A DNA stretch of 48,258 nt, taken from positions 1 through 48,258 of IMG/VR virus record IMGVR_UViG_3300048576_000589, one strand, 5' to 3'. Under the pieces are notes generated by a model. It was given only the letters and a program-made list of their open reading frames with translations, searched no databases and was not told the DNA's origin. This DNA is from a virus. Taxonomy: Duplodnaviria; Caudoviricetes. The position numbers and the translations under genes were made by a program. This document shows positions 27,266 through 35,501 of the stretch, one piece after another (the stretch's first letter is position 1; the number at the start of each line of letters is the position of its first letter).

Positions 27266-27293
27266 AGCAGAAGGGCTCGAATGGATGAAGATT

Positions 27294-27323
27294 GAGGTGG
27301 GGTGTAAAAGCCTCACCTCTTTA
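27294..27323 (+). terminator. Hairpin, possible terminator
   Basis: GAGGTGGGG...CCTCACCTC followed by TTT. Confidence 0.5.
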
Positions 27324-27369
27324 AAACCTAAGAGTAGGCAATTTTAGTCATAGTTTGGTACATAGGCAG

Positions 27370-27399
27370 GGTAGCCACCGCTGCGAAGTGCTGGCTACC
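27370..27399. terminator. Strong hairpin
   Basis: GGTAGCCA-CCGCTGCGAAGTGC-TGGCTACC followed by an A tract. Confidence 0.4.
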
Positions 27400-27442
27400 A
27401 TCAAAAAAACGAGTTTAACGAATACTTAAAAAACTAAGAGAA

Positions 27443-27925
27443 ATGAGAGAAATGAGAGAAATACTTTTTAGAGGAAAACGAGTCGACAACGGTGAATGGG
27501 TCAAAGGCTATCTAATTGTACTTACAAAGACAGAATGCGGCTCTTATATATGCTTTTATTCAAAAAACGAGTGGATTGAAGTAAAAGTAATCCCCAAAAC
27601 GGTAGGACAATTCACAGGTAAAACTCTCAACAAAGGTGATAAGGTTTTTGAAGGAACCATAGCCTTCAATGAAACTGAAACTGATAATGGAGATGAAAGA
27701 GTATACATTGTTTGTACATGGATTAAGGAATGGTGCATGTTTGCATGGTTGACAGTTTCAGAATATTGGGTATATCAGCAGATGGGTGCTGAATCTTTAG
27801 ATGAAACTTTGTTTTGGACATATACTCTCGAAGATTCATGTAAGTACCATTTGGCAGGGGATATACACAACACCCCAGAACTAATCAATCAGACCAGCGA
27901 CAGCCAAGAGCATTTTGACAACTAA
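27443..27925 (+). CDS. YopX-like protein
   Basis: MREILFRGKRVDNGEWVKG, TVGQFTG, GDIHNTPEL. Confidence 0.85.
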   Translation: MREMREILFRGKRVDNGEWVKGYLIVLTKTECGSYICFYSKNEWIEVKVIPKTVGQFTGKTLNKGDKVFEGTIAFNETETDNGDERVYIVCTWIKEWCMFAWLTVSEYWVYQQMGAESLDETLFWTYTLEDSCKYHLAGDIHNTPELINQTSDSQEHFDN

Positions 27926-27939
27926 AATAAACAAGGGCT

Positions 27940-28356
27940 ATGAAAATAACAGTAATGAAACCTCAAGAGGTCGATATTAAAACCCTAGAGGTAAAGGCAG
28001 GAATAAGGTATTGGGAGGATGTCTCGATTGACGGAGTTTCAGATGAAGAGGGCACTCTTACCCCTTGTAGGGTTGGAGACTACTGGTGCCCATTAATTGA
28101 TGTTGATTCCGGCGTCATAACCAATTGGGAGCAGGGCAAAACGGCAAACATCCACGCTAAGGTCTGCGATAACGGTTCCTACTACCTTAAGGATGAAAAG
28201 GGAAACGTGGTGCTGTCAATAGAAGAAGATTACGTTCCTAGAATGCTTTGTCCTAAAGAAAACGGTTATGGTGACTACATCATAATGAACGTAGGAGAAG
28301 ATGGGAAAATAGATGGCTTCAAGTTTAGCCCACAAGGGTTTATTGAAGAAGATTAA
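27940..28356 (+). CDS. Conserved hypothetical phage protein
   Basis: RYWED, WCPLID, HAKVCDNGSY, GYGDYI motifs. Confidence 0.8.
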   Translation: MKITVMKPQEVDIKTLEVKAGIRYWEDVSIDGVSDEEGTLTPCRVGDYWCPLIDVDSGVITNWEQGKTANIHAKVCDNGSYYLKDEKGNVVLSIEEDYVPRMLCPKENGYGDYIIMNVGEDGKIDGFKFSPQGFIEED

Positions 28357-28369
28357 AACAGCATCATCC

Positions 28370-28705
28370 ATGAGCACGAATAACCAGCAAAAGGCAGAAA
28401 CGAGTTACCCTTCCATGCTCAACATCGACGGGGTAGACCGATGCATCATGAAGTCCTGCAAGGGGTGCTACTTCGAGTACAACATAGAGAGGTTCGGGCA
28501 CTGCGAGGGGCTAAGCAGGGATTGGATGAAAGGCCACCCGGAGATTCAGCTAGTGGACTTCTCTGACAGAGATACGGATAGCGACGAACAGGGCCGAAGC
28601 GACGTTGACCTGATTTGCAGTGAAAAGGGTGCATTCTTTAGCATAGTTGCCCTAGTAGTTGTGGCGGTGGTTGCTTTGGTTTACGCAATAGTAAGTAAAA
28701 TTTAA
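28370..28705 (+). CDS. Hypothetical protein, Cys-rich with C-terminal TM helix
   Basis: SCKGCYF and FFSIVALVVVAVVALVYAIV. Confidence 0.6.
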   Translation: MSTNNQQKAETSYPSMLNIDGVDRCIMKSCKGCYFEYNIERFGHCEGLSRDWMKGHPEIQLVDFSDRDTDSDEQGRSDVDLICSEKGAFFSIVALVVVAVVALVYAIVSKI

Positions 28706-28712
28706 AAGAGTT

Positions 28713-28949
28713 ATGGCACTAAAGAATCGTGATTTTTTCAACGAGAACATGGAGCGGCTTTGCTCCTTGACCGAAAAAATGACCAGCGAGGAGCTGGATG
28801 AAATTCTTAACCGTCACCCTAAAACCAAGGCAGGGTTTGCGGCATTGGTACTCCTATTCGAGGAGCGTTCAAAGGATGAGGACGTAGATATTGACGATTG
28901 GGAGTGCGATACGGACGATATTGCATTTGGAGAGATCGTTAATTCGTAA
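28713..28949 (+). CDS. Hypothetical acidic protein
   Basis: 78 aa ORF. Confidence 0.65.
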   Translation: MALKNRDFFNENMERLCSLTEKMTSEELDEILNRHPKTKAGFAALVLLFEERSKDEDVDIDDWECDTDDIAFGEIVNS

Positions 28950-28956
28950 AGACAAA

Positions 28957-29056
28957 GTGGCTCATGGTGGATGTAAGGGCTAAACTATTTACGTTAAGGT
29001 ATTTTCTTTTGCACTTCACCCCTTGCATCGGCGGGTTCGATTCCCGCCAGCCAGCA
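28957..29056 (+). ncRNA. tRNA-like element (T arm, imperfect acceptor, long stem replacing D/anticodon arms)
   Basis: GCGGG-TTCGATT-CCCGC T arm; TGGCT/AGCCA; 10-bp GATGTAAGGG/CCCTTGCATC. Confidence 0.5.
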
Positions 29057-29123
29057 CATATAACAGCCATCGTTTTTTATTTCGTATCGGGTAATTGCAG
29101 TTTTGCATGTGTTTTTCATTGGG

Positions 29124-29160
29124 AGGTCTGACAGCCGGGAGGTAGTCAGACCTTTGTTTT
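29124..29160 (+). terminator. Intrinsic terminator
   Basis: AGGTCTGAC...GTCAGACCT then TTGTTTT. Confidence 0.7.
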
Positions 29161-29163
29161 AAG

Positions 29164-29221
29164 TGTTTGAAAAATAATCACTATTTGCTATGCCGCTAAC
29201 AAATAAATCACTATATTTACA
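29164..29221 (+). promoter_or_regulatory. Degenerate palindrome and TATATTTA box
   Basis: TGTTTGAAAAATAATCA (29164-29180); CTATATTTACA (29211-29221). Confidence 0.55.
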
Positions 29222-29244
29222 ACTAGCAATAGGCATTAAGAGCA

Positions 29245-29538
29245 ATGTTTATGGACAGAATAGAGAAAATTGAATTGGCTAAAATTGCTGAATTATTCAG
29301 CAACGGAGTTGGACTTGAAGTTGAGAAGTATCATACAACGCTTGAACGTATATGCGTTGAGGCAGTACGAAGCAAGGCGATCCCTCCAATCAAAGGAGGG
29401 ATAACAAAAGGGAAGCTTAAATGGAGAGGTATCTGCATTACGCAGGATGCTTTCGGTCAGGTTTACGTAACGCAGAGGGGTGTGCGTATATCGCCTAAGC
29501 TGAAGATGTTTACTGACGAAATTACGGAGGAACTATGA
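29245..29538 (+). CDS. Hypothetical protein
   Basis: 97 aa, PPIKGGITKGKLKWRGI. Confidence 0.7.
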   Translation: MFMDRIEKIELAKIAELFSNGVGLEVEKYHTTLERICVEAVRSKAIPPIKGGITKGKLKWRGICITQDAFGQVYVTQRGVRISPKLKMFTDEITEEL

Positions 29539-29729
29539 AGGCTCCTTTTATCGTCCGAAAGGATAGAGAAATTATGAAAGCGTTTCCAAATAGTATATAT
29601 GCTGCTTCTTGTAAGCTAGACATAGCAAAGAAGCGCTTTGGACGTGATTTTGAAAGAACGGAGCTGCATAAGCTCATTGCCAGAATGTTTAAATGGATGG
29701 ATAGTCTACTGAAATATAAAACTAACTAG
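29535..29729 (+). CDS. Hypothetical protein
   Basis: 64 aa, ATGA overlap. Confidence 0.6.
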   Translation: MKAPFIVRKDREIMKAFPNSIYAASCKLDIAKKRFGRDFERTELHKLIARMFKWMDSLLKYKTN

Positions 29730-29731
29730 AT

Positions 29732-30151
29732 ATGAAAGCAAATGAGTTGAGAATTGGTAATCTGGTATTTGTAGACAATACGCAATATTGGTCTGAATTA
29801 AAAGGAATTTATTTAGAGGTTACATCTATATCCTCAGAGTCTGTGTCGCTGTCCCATGTTAATATGCATCCAAATAAGTATTACATGCGATATTCACAGT
29901 TGCTCGAATATATACAGCCTATACCAATTACCGAAGAGCTGCTTTTGAAGTGTAGCCTTGAAAGGAAAGCCCAAGATACAATATTTGACTATCCTACTTG
30001 GTATTTAAACGACTCTGAATATATGTTTGAGGCCGACGGTAGATTTTATCACAATTTGGTGAATTGTGATTATAAGGAGGTTAAATACCTCCACCAGTTC
30101 CAGAATATAGTATTTGCGCTTACAGGCGAAGAACTAGAAGTTAAACTTTAA
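29732..30151 (+). CDS. Conserved Bacteroidota phage hypothetical protein
   Basis: MKANELRIGN...PIPITEELL...YLHQFQN...LTGEEL. Confidence 0.8.
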   Translation: MKANELRIGNLVFVDNTQYWSELKGIYLEVTSISSESVSLSHVNMHPNKYYMRYSQLLEYIQPIPITEELLLKCSLERKAQDTIFDYPTWYLNDSEYMFEADGRFYHNLVNCDYKEVKYLHQFQNIVFALTGEELEVKL

Positions 30152-30164
30152 ACAGCAATAGCCA

Positions 30165-30608
30165 ATGAAAGAGAACGAGGAAATCGGCGTGGATCAGGAG
30201 GCAAGGGTTCTCCACCTAACGCTAGTCAAGAAGTGGTTCGACATGATCGGATCGCGGGTGAAAATAGAGGAGTACCGGGAGCTCAACCTGTACTGGTACA
30301 ATCGGCTGGTGGCAAATCCGAAGGATACCTTCGAGTACTTTACAGGACTACCATTCGAGCAGGCAACGGATGAGCTGGTTCGATGGCTTTGCACGAACAA
30401 GGCTCCGTTCATTCAGTTCAGGGAATTCGAGGAGGTACGCTTCCGTAACGGCTACGCCAAGAGCGCACCCGTGCTTACCCCAAGGTGGAAAGGCGTAAGG
30501 GTTGGCGATGGTAGGGAAGAGTGGGGCGCCGAGGAGGGCAAAGCCTACTTCGTCATCAAGTTGGGGGAACTTACCGAGGAAAAGAGCAACGAGGAAATTA
30601 CTAACTAA
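30165..30608 (+). CDS. ASCH/PUA-like domain protein
   Basis: LHLTLVKKWFDMIGSRVKIEEYRE, VRFRNGY, YFVIKLG. Confidence 0.8.
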   Translation: MKENEEIGVDQEARVLHLTLVKKWFDMIGSRVKIEEYRELNLYWYNRLVANPKDTFEYFTGLPFEQATDELVRWLCTNKAPFIQFREFEEVRFRNGYAKSAPVLTPRWKGVRVGDGREEWGAEEGKAYFVIKLGELTEEKSNEEITN

Positions 30609-30618
30609 CAGCAGCAGT

Positions 30619-30813
30619 ATGTTTTGGTTTTTGGATAAGAAAACGGACAAGGCAAGGATATTTGGCTCCATCGCTGAGATAGCGAATCAGGGGATCATGA
30701 AGGCTTCGACCCTATACAGCCACTTTAGCGCTCAGAAGAAATCGAAGTACGAGGACGACAACGTTCGTATCGAGGATGTTCCAGTTGAGCGATCAGAACG
30801 GGAAAAAAAGTAA
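30619..30813 (+). CDS. Small putative DNA-binding protein
   Basis: 64 aa, IFGSIAEIA...ASTLYSHFS, HTH/NUMOD1-like; start reassigned to 30619. Confidence 0.55.
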   Translation: MFWFLDKKTDKARIFGSIAEIANQGIMKASTLYSHFSAQKKSKYEDDNVRIEDVPVERSEREKK

Positions 30814-30847
30814 GTTTTTTACGAAAACTCTCTTTTTTACAAAAAAA

Positions 30848-30879
30848 TGTTTGAAAGTCAAACATTCTTTTTATATTTG
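30848..30879 (+). promoter_or_regulatory. Capsid-operon promoter with palindrome upstream of the -7 box
   Basis: TGTTTGAAAGTCAAACA (30848-30864), TATATTTG (30872-30879) matching TAnnTTTG. Confidence 0.8.
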
Positions 30880-30947
30880 GTCTGAAATAAAGCTGCCAAG
30901 TGTGGCCGAAGGACCTTGAAGTCATTGCTCTTGGATGATAGGTTTTG

Positions 30948-30981
30948 AAAGTCTGACGGCTACCCGCTGTCAGACTTTTTT
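30948..30981 (+). terminator. Terminator-like hairpin in the leader of the capsid operon
   Basis: GTCTGACGGC-TACCC-GCTGTCAGAC-TTTTTT. Confidence 0.7.
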
Positions 30982-31002
30982 ACTAAAACCAAATACAACA
31001 GT

Positions 31003-31719
31003 ATGAAATTCAAGGTTTTCCGAATTTTGAAGGCAAAGACCAAGTTCGCATCGTTGGGCTTTGACCGAGATACCGCAATGAGTGTCGCCGCTAATATAGC
31101 CGACAATCTTGAGGTTGAAGATGATGCTACCCCAGAGGAACTTGATGCCGCTGTCACCACGGCGCTAGAGCAGCAGCTCCCCACCCTGAAGCTTCTTCAG
31201 AGCCAGTTCAACAAGGGCGTTGAGGTTGGCAAGAAGAAGAAACCCACCGATAAAACCGACGACGATCCAGAGGACGACGATCCAGAGGACGACGATCCAG
31301 AGGACGACGACAAGAACAAAGGAGCGAAAAAGTCGGGTTCCCAAAAAAAGGATAAGGACGAGATGCCTGCATGGGCTCAAAAAGTATTTGACAAGCTAGA
31401 TTCTTTTGAAAAAGAACTGGCAACATCAAAGACCGAAAAGACCAAAGCAGGGCGCAGGAAGCAGCTGGAGGAGCTGGTTAAGGATACGGGTCTATACGGA
31501 AAGCGAATTCTGAAAAGTTTCGACCGTATGGAGCTAACCAACGAGCAGTTCGAGGAGTACCTAGACGAGATCACCGAGGAGGTGGGAGAACTAGGCAAGG
31601 ATGCTCCAGCCGATTCCAGCAAGTCGTTCGGAAGTCCACTTGGAGGCGGTGCGTCAGGTGCTAAAAAGGACAAGGAGGCAAGTGATGCTGAAATAGAGGA
31701 GCTTGCTGGTAAGATTTAA
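31003..31719 (+). CDS. Capsid scaffolding protein
   Basis: Highly charged helical protein with MPAWAQ motif, upstream of decoration and capsid genes. Confidence 0.75.
   Translation: MKFKVFRILKAKTKFASLGFDRDTAMSVAANIADNLEVEDDATPEELDAAVTTALEQQLPTLKLLQSQFNKGVEVGKKKKPTDKTDDDPEDDDPEDDDPEDDDKNKGAKKSGSQKKDKDEMPAWAQKVFDKLDSFEKELATSKTEKTKAGRRKQLEELVKDTGLYGKRILKSFDRMELTNEQFEEYLDEITEEVGELGKDAPADSSKSFGSPLGGGASGAKKDKEASDAEIEELAGKI
31258..31311 (+). repeat. 15-bp in-frame tandem repeat (DDDPE x3)
   Basis: GACGACGATCCAGAG x3 plus partial. Confidence 0.9.
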
Positions 31720-31737
31720 CTTTAAAACGGTTATGAA

Positions 31738-32115
31738 ATGACCTACGATTTGAACAACTCACCAGAAACAGTTGACACTGGCAACGATTCCATCGTTATC
31801 GTCAACCACGTTCAGGGAGTGCCAGGAGGAAGAACGCTTGACGTTACTGGCTTCTCTGGTACGGTTATCAAGGCGGGGCACGTTATCATCAAGGATGCTA
31901 GCGGCGTTCACAAGCCTATGCCGGTAAGCGGTTCGGCTTACGGCTCTCTTCCTGCAAGCCACTCCTACGTTGGCGTACTTGCATCAACCATTCTAACGAG
32001 CAAGCCTGCTGCTCCGATCCTATTGGACGGAACGGTAAACGAGGCAGCCAGCCCTTATCATGTAACATCGGATATGAAAACGGCGCTTTCTCACATTCTA
32101 TTCATTCAAGACTAA
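31738..32115 (+). CDS. Head decoration protein
   Basis: PGGRTLD, IKAGHVII, ILLDGTVNEAASPY; between scaffold and capsid. Confidence 0.75.
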   Translation: MTYDLNNSPETVDTGNDSIVIVNHVQGVPGGRTLDVTGFSGTVIKAGHVIIKDASGVHKPMPVSGSAYGSLPASHSYVGVLASTILTSKPAAPILLDGTVNEAASPYHVTSDMKTALSHILFIQD

Positions 32116-32131
32116 GAAAGGAATATAAGGG

Positions 32132-33418
32132 ATGAATCAATCACTATTTATCGAGTACTTGGCTAAGTACTTTCCAAAGCTGGACAAGCTAATCGAAAAG
32201 ATCAACGGCAAGCGTAAGGGCGTGACCTACCTGTTCAAGCAGATGCTTACCGAGGAGTACTCAGCCGACCTGAAATGGGAAAGCTCGAGCATCAACACCT
32301 CCATCGTTGCAGCAGATGTTGTAGCGCTGGATTCGGAGCTTCCATTGAAGAAGAGGGATTCCATTGCATCGGCAAATGGCGACCTTCCTAAAATAGGAAT
32401 GAAGCTCGTGCTGAACGAGAAGCAGATCGGGCAGATCAACATCATGAAGGCAAGGAAGATCGACATCGTTCCCAAGCTTATCAACGATGGGCCACGCTGT
32501 GTTGCTGGCGTTGACGAGCGCCTTGAGGCCGCATTCCTAACCGGGCTTGCGGAGGGTATTACCCTTGTTGAGGATGCCGACAACGTTGGAACTGGCGTTC
32601 GCGTGAACTACGGATACTTGGCCGCCAACCAGTTCGGCGCATCGACCATTTGGGGAGAAACAGGATATACGCCTATCAGCGACATCAAGCGCGTGATGGC
32701 AAAGGCAGCAGAGGATCATAACTCGGTAGAGCTGATCTACATGGCTACCGCTGCATTCGATAAGATCAGAAACTCGGAGGAGGGCAAGCAGCTTTCAGCA
32801 AACTACCGAGGGCTGGTTGTTGTGGATGCAGCTCAGTACCCAATACCAAGCCGCGAGCAGATGACGCAGGCGCTTGCTGACGAGTTCAGCGGCGTTAAGA
32901 TCGTACTGGTTGATCGTACCATTGTGGTAGAGAAGAACGGGGTTAAACACTCCATTAGGCCATTCGGTACGGGTAAGCTGGTATTCCTACCAACCGAGAA
33001 CGTTGGCCGTCTAGTTTACGGTACGCTTGCTGAGGAAACCAACCCTGTTAGCGGGGTGCTTTACAGCAAGGCCAACAGCTACACGTTGGTATCGAAGTAC
33101 TCGAAGAACGATCCGCTCCGCGAGTTCACCTCGTCTCAAGCAATGGTCCTTCCTGTTATCGACAACGTTGACCTCATCTACACCTTGGACATCAACGAGG
33201 CTCAGGTGCTGGACACCGTTAAGGAGGCCGCTGATGCCACCGACGTTAAGGTTACTATCTGGGGTGTTGACCTAACCAAGGCGACTGTTATTACCAAACT
33301 GAAGGAGGTAGGTGTTAGCGTTGCCAATAACGCATCCGATGCTACGGTAATTAAGAAGGTTAACGAGCTCACCGACGAGCAGGAGGCAACTCTTAAAGCA
33401 GCATTGGGGGTTAGCTAA
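32132..33418 (+). CDS. Major capsid protein (lambda E-like) with C-terminal extension
   Basis: AADVVALDSELPLKKR, GDLPKIG, DPLREFTSSQAMVLPVI; position and size. Confidence 0.88.
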   Translation: MNQSLFIEYLAKYFPKLDKLIEKINGKRKGVTYLFKQMLTEEYSADLKWESSSINTSIVAADVVALDSELPLKKRDSIASANGDLPKIGMKLVLNEKQIGQINIMKARKIDIVPKLINDGPRCVAGVDERLEAAFLTGLAEGITLVEDADNVGTGVRVNYGYLAANQFGASTIWGETGYTPISDIKRVMAKAAEDHNSVELIYMATAAFDKIRNSEEGKQLSANYRGLVVVDAAQYPIPSREQMTQALADEFSGVKIVLVDRTIVVEKNGVKHSIRPFGTGKLVFLPTENVGRLVYGTLAEETNPVSGVLYSKANSYTLVSKYSKNDPLREFTSSQAMVLPVIDNVDLIYTLDINEAQVLDTVKEAADATDVKVTIWGVDLTKATVITKLKEVGVSVANNASDATVIKKVNELTDEQEATLKAALGVS

Positions 33419-33732
33419 TGGCTGGCTTATCAATTCTTGAAGCGCTAAAGGCTGAGGTTGAGTATCCGCTCAACCTTGGCTTCTTCCAAAAGGTTGCCAT
33501 CGACCGTGGGTTTGACCTAGAAGGGAACTACACCAAGGAGGTGGGCAGCAGCAGCTCGTACAAGGGCGCGGTTGCCGATTGCCTTATTCAGGTGACAACA
33601 GGGCTGGACAGGAGCGAGGATTCCGTTTCGCTCAGCGTGAAGGATTTGAGCTCGGTCAGAAAAAGGGCTAACGACCTATACGCTGAGATCGGCGAAAAGC
33701 CAAAGGGCGTTCCAACCGTAACATTTCTCTAA
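33418..33732 (+). CDS. Head-tail adaptor (DUF6706-like)
   Basis: 104 aa after capsid; SEDSVSLS...RANDLYAEIGE. Confidence 0.65.
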   Translation: MAGLSILEALKAEVEYPLNLGFFQKVAIDRGFDLEGNYTKEVGSSSSYKGAVADCLIQVTTGLDRSEDSVSLSVKDLSSVRKRANDLYAEIGEKPKGVPTVTFL

Positions 33733-33734
33733 TC

Positions 33735-34061
33735 ATGTTCTCAACCAAGCCACATAGCATAAGAAGGGTAGTTCCTGCATCGGGGTACACGGACGGCAAC
33801 GGCGACTGGGTTTCATCCGGCGAACCAACGCTATCTGAACCCTTACCATGCCAGTTTAGGGCTAACGGTAGCGCAAGAACGATTGTGCTGGACAACAGTG
33901 CAACCTACGTTTACGCCTACTCGGTACGCCTTGACGCTGACTGCTCCTCATTCGCGGAAAACGAGCAGGTAAAGCTCTACGATGCTGGCGGTGCAATGGT
34001 ATTTCAGGGACCCGTTAAGGGCTTTGTCAGAGGACAGCTAAGCGCGAAGCTATGGGTGTAA
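33735..34061 (+). CDS. Head closure protein (putative)
   Basis: GYTDGNGDW, beta-rich, neck position. Confidence 0.6.
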   Translation: MFSTKPHSIRRVVPASGYTDGNGDWVSSGEPTLSEPLPCQFRANGSARTIVLDNSATYVYAYSVRLDADCSSFAENEQVKLYDAGGAMVFQGPVKGFVRGQLSAKLWV

Positions 34062-34516
34062 AGCTTACCACTCCGCTATCGAAGATAGACGCATTCCTCG
34101 AAAAGGAGGCTAAGCGCATTGAGAACCTTACCGTTCGTGCGCTAAAGTACCTTGGAGAGAAGTGTATCAAGGAGGCGAGGGATCGCTCACAGGTGGAGAG
34201 CTGGTTCGACCATACGGGCAACCTCAGATCGTCAATCGGCTACGTGATCTGCAAGAACGGATCGGTAGTGTACGAGTCCAGCTTCGAGGTTATCAAGCAG
34301 GGCAACGAGGGGGCAAACGAGGGAAGAAACCTAGCCGAACGCCTTGCATCTGAGTTCGCTGGCAGCAGGTGGGCGCTTATTGTGGTGGCTGGAATGCACT
34401 ACGCCGTAACGGTTGAGGCAATGGAGAATAAGGTGGTTCTTGCGTCGGCGGAGCTGCTGGCAAGAAGGGAGCTGCCAAAAATGATTGAAAAACTCGAAAG
34501 GCAGGTGGCCGCATGA
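34052..34516 (+). CDS. Neck protein (HK97 gp10-like)
   Basis: DHTGNLRSSIGY and AGMHYAVTVE. Confidence 0.8.
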   Translation: MGVKLTTPLSKIDAFLEKEAKRIENLTVRALKYLGEKCIKEARDRSQVESWFDHTGNLRSSIGYVICKNGSVVYESSFEVIKQGNEGANEGRNLAERLASEFAGSRWALIVVAGMHYAVTVEAMENKVVLASAELLARRELPKMIEKLERQVAA

Positions 34517-34914
34517 TGAAGAGCGACGCGTCAATAAAGACGCTGGTTTACGGGGTGGTTGCACCATCAGCGCTGGCAAAGGCCGTGACAGGCATAGTCA
34601 GCAAGATAGGACGACCAGACGGTTCAACGGCTGAGGATATTGTTATATCTGTTTTGGATGGGGATAACGGGCAGCTTCAGCAGTTCATCGTCAACGTGAA
34701 CATCTACGTGGCGGACGTGCTCAACGACAAGGGCAAGTACCTCGAAAACAGCAAGCGGGTTGAGGCGCTGAGCAATCAGGCCATTTCGCTATTTGAAAGT
34801 TACATCGGCCCATCTTACAGGATGGAGCTAACCAAGCAGCGAGTTCTTCCAGTTGAGGACAAGAACGAGCGAGTGATAAACAACAGAGTTTTATTAACAT
34901 ACGTAAATATTTAG
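34513..34914 (+). CDS. Tail terminator protein (putative)
   Basis: Position before tail tube; RP..S..EDIVI, VNVNIYV. Confidence 0.6.
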   Translation: MMKSDASIKTLVYGVVAPSALAKAVTGIVSKIGRPDGSTAEDIVISVLDGDNGQLQQFIVNVNIYVADVLNDKGKYLENSKRVEALSNQAISLFESYIGPSYRMELTKQRVLPVEDKNERVINNRVLLTYVNI

Positions 34915-34918
34915 GATT

Positions 34919-35377
34919 ATGGCACTATCATGGGGACGGCCAACCATTTATATTGGCGCTTTAGGTGCAGCTGATGCCGCACCGACTACATGGATTAAGC
35001 TGGATACTCCTGTAAAGGATTCAACCAAGCTTACCCCTTCGGCGGGTGAGAAGTTGGAGGCTCCCTTGGAGGGAGGAGGTAACGCAGATGTGAAGTACTC
35101 TGCCAATACCTACGTGTTCGAAACGGAGCTTTACGCAAAGAAGGGGGCTACCAAACCAGTAGCCGATGTTGACGGCGTTATCGCTGGAGCATACGCCATA
35201 AAGCTACAGCCAGAAGACCCAACCGTAGAGGGAATCGAAATTGCTAAGGCTTCGGTTCACGTCGAGGATACCTGGGATTCCAAAACTGGGGCAAAATGGA
35301 AGTACGTATTTGACGTGGTTAAGAAGGATGCAAGCACTAAGCAGGTAGACTGGAAGGTGATTGCTACTCCTACCTAG
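34919..35377 (+). CDS. Major tail (tube) protein
   Basis: MALSWG, DSTKL, LQPEDP; position upstream of chaperones and tape measure. Confidence 0.75.
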   Translation: MALSWGRPTIYIGALGAADAAPTTWIKLDTPVKDSTKLTPSAGEKLEAPLEGGGNADVKYSANTYVFETELYAKKGATKPVADVDGVIAGAYAIKLQPEDPTVEGIEIAKASVHVEDTWDSKTGAKWKYVFDVVKKDASTKQVDWKVIATPT

Positions 35378-35431
35378 GAAGAAATGGCAGGCGGAACAGA
35401 CGCTCCTACAGGGGGATGGTTAAACTGATAC

Positions 35432-35501
35432 GCGCCGATGGTGCAGCGGTAGCACAGGGGCACACCAGCCTCAGACCCTCGTTCGAATCGGGGTCGGCGC
35501 T
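35432..35501 (+). tRNA. tRNA-like cloverleaf with 6-nt anticodon loop (Gly-like acceptor)
   Basis: GCGCCGA/TCGGCGC, GTGC/GCAC, GGGGC-ACACCA-GCCTC, CCTCG-TTCGAAT-CGGGG, discriminator T. Confidence 0.8.

Noticed and set aside
27122-27290. tRNA-associated theta (HDV-like), pistol or twister ribozyme
   Set aside because: Superficial cues (CGAA before a stem, TAAATAG after a hairpin) are present but required P1/P3/L3 or P2/P3 elements could not be placed
31258-31311. DDDPE repeat as a phase-variation or regulatory locus
   Set aside because: In-frame repeat in a low-complexity scaffold linker; ordinary slippage
35378-35428. TAG readthrough extension of the tail tube protein (EEMAGGTDAPTGGWLN)
   Set aside because: Only 16 open codons, expected by chance; no supporting signal
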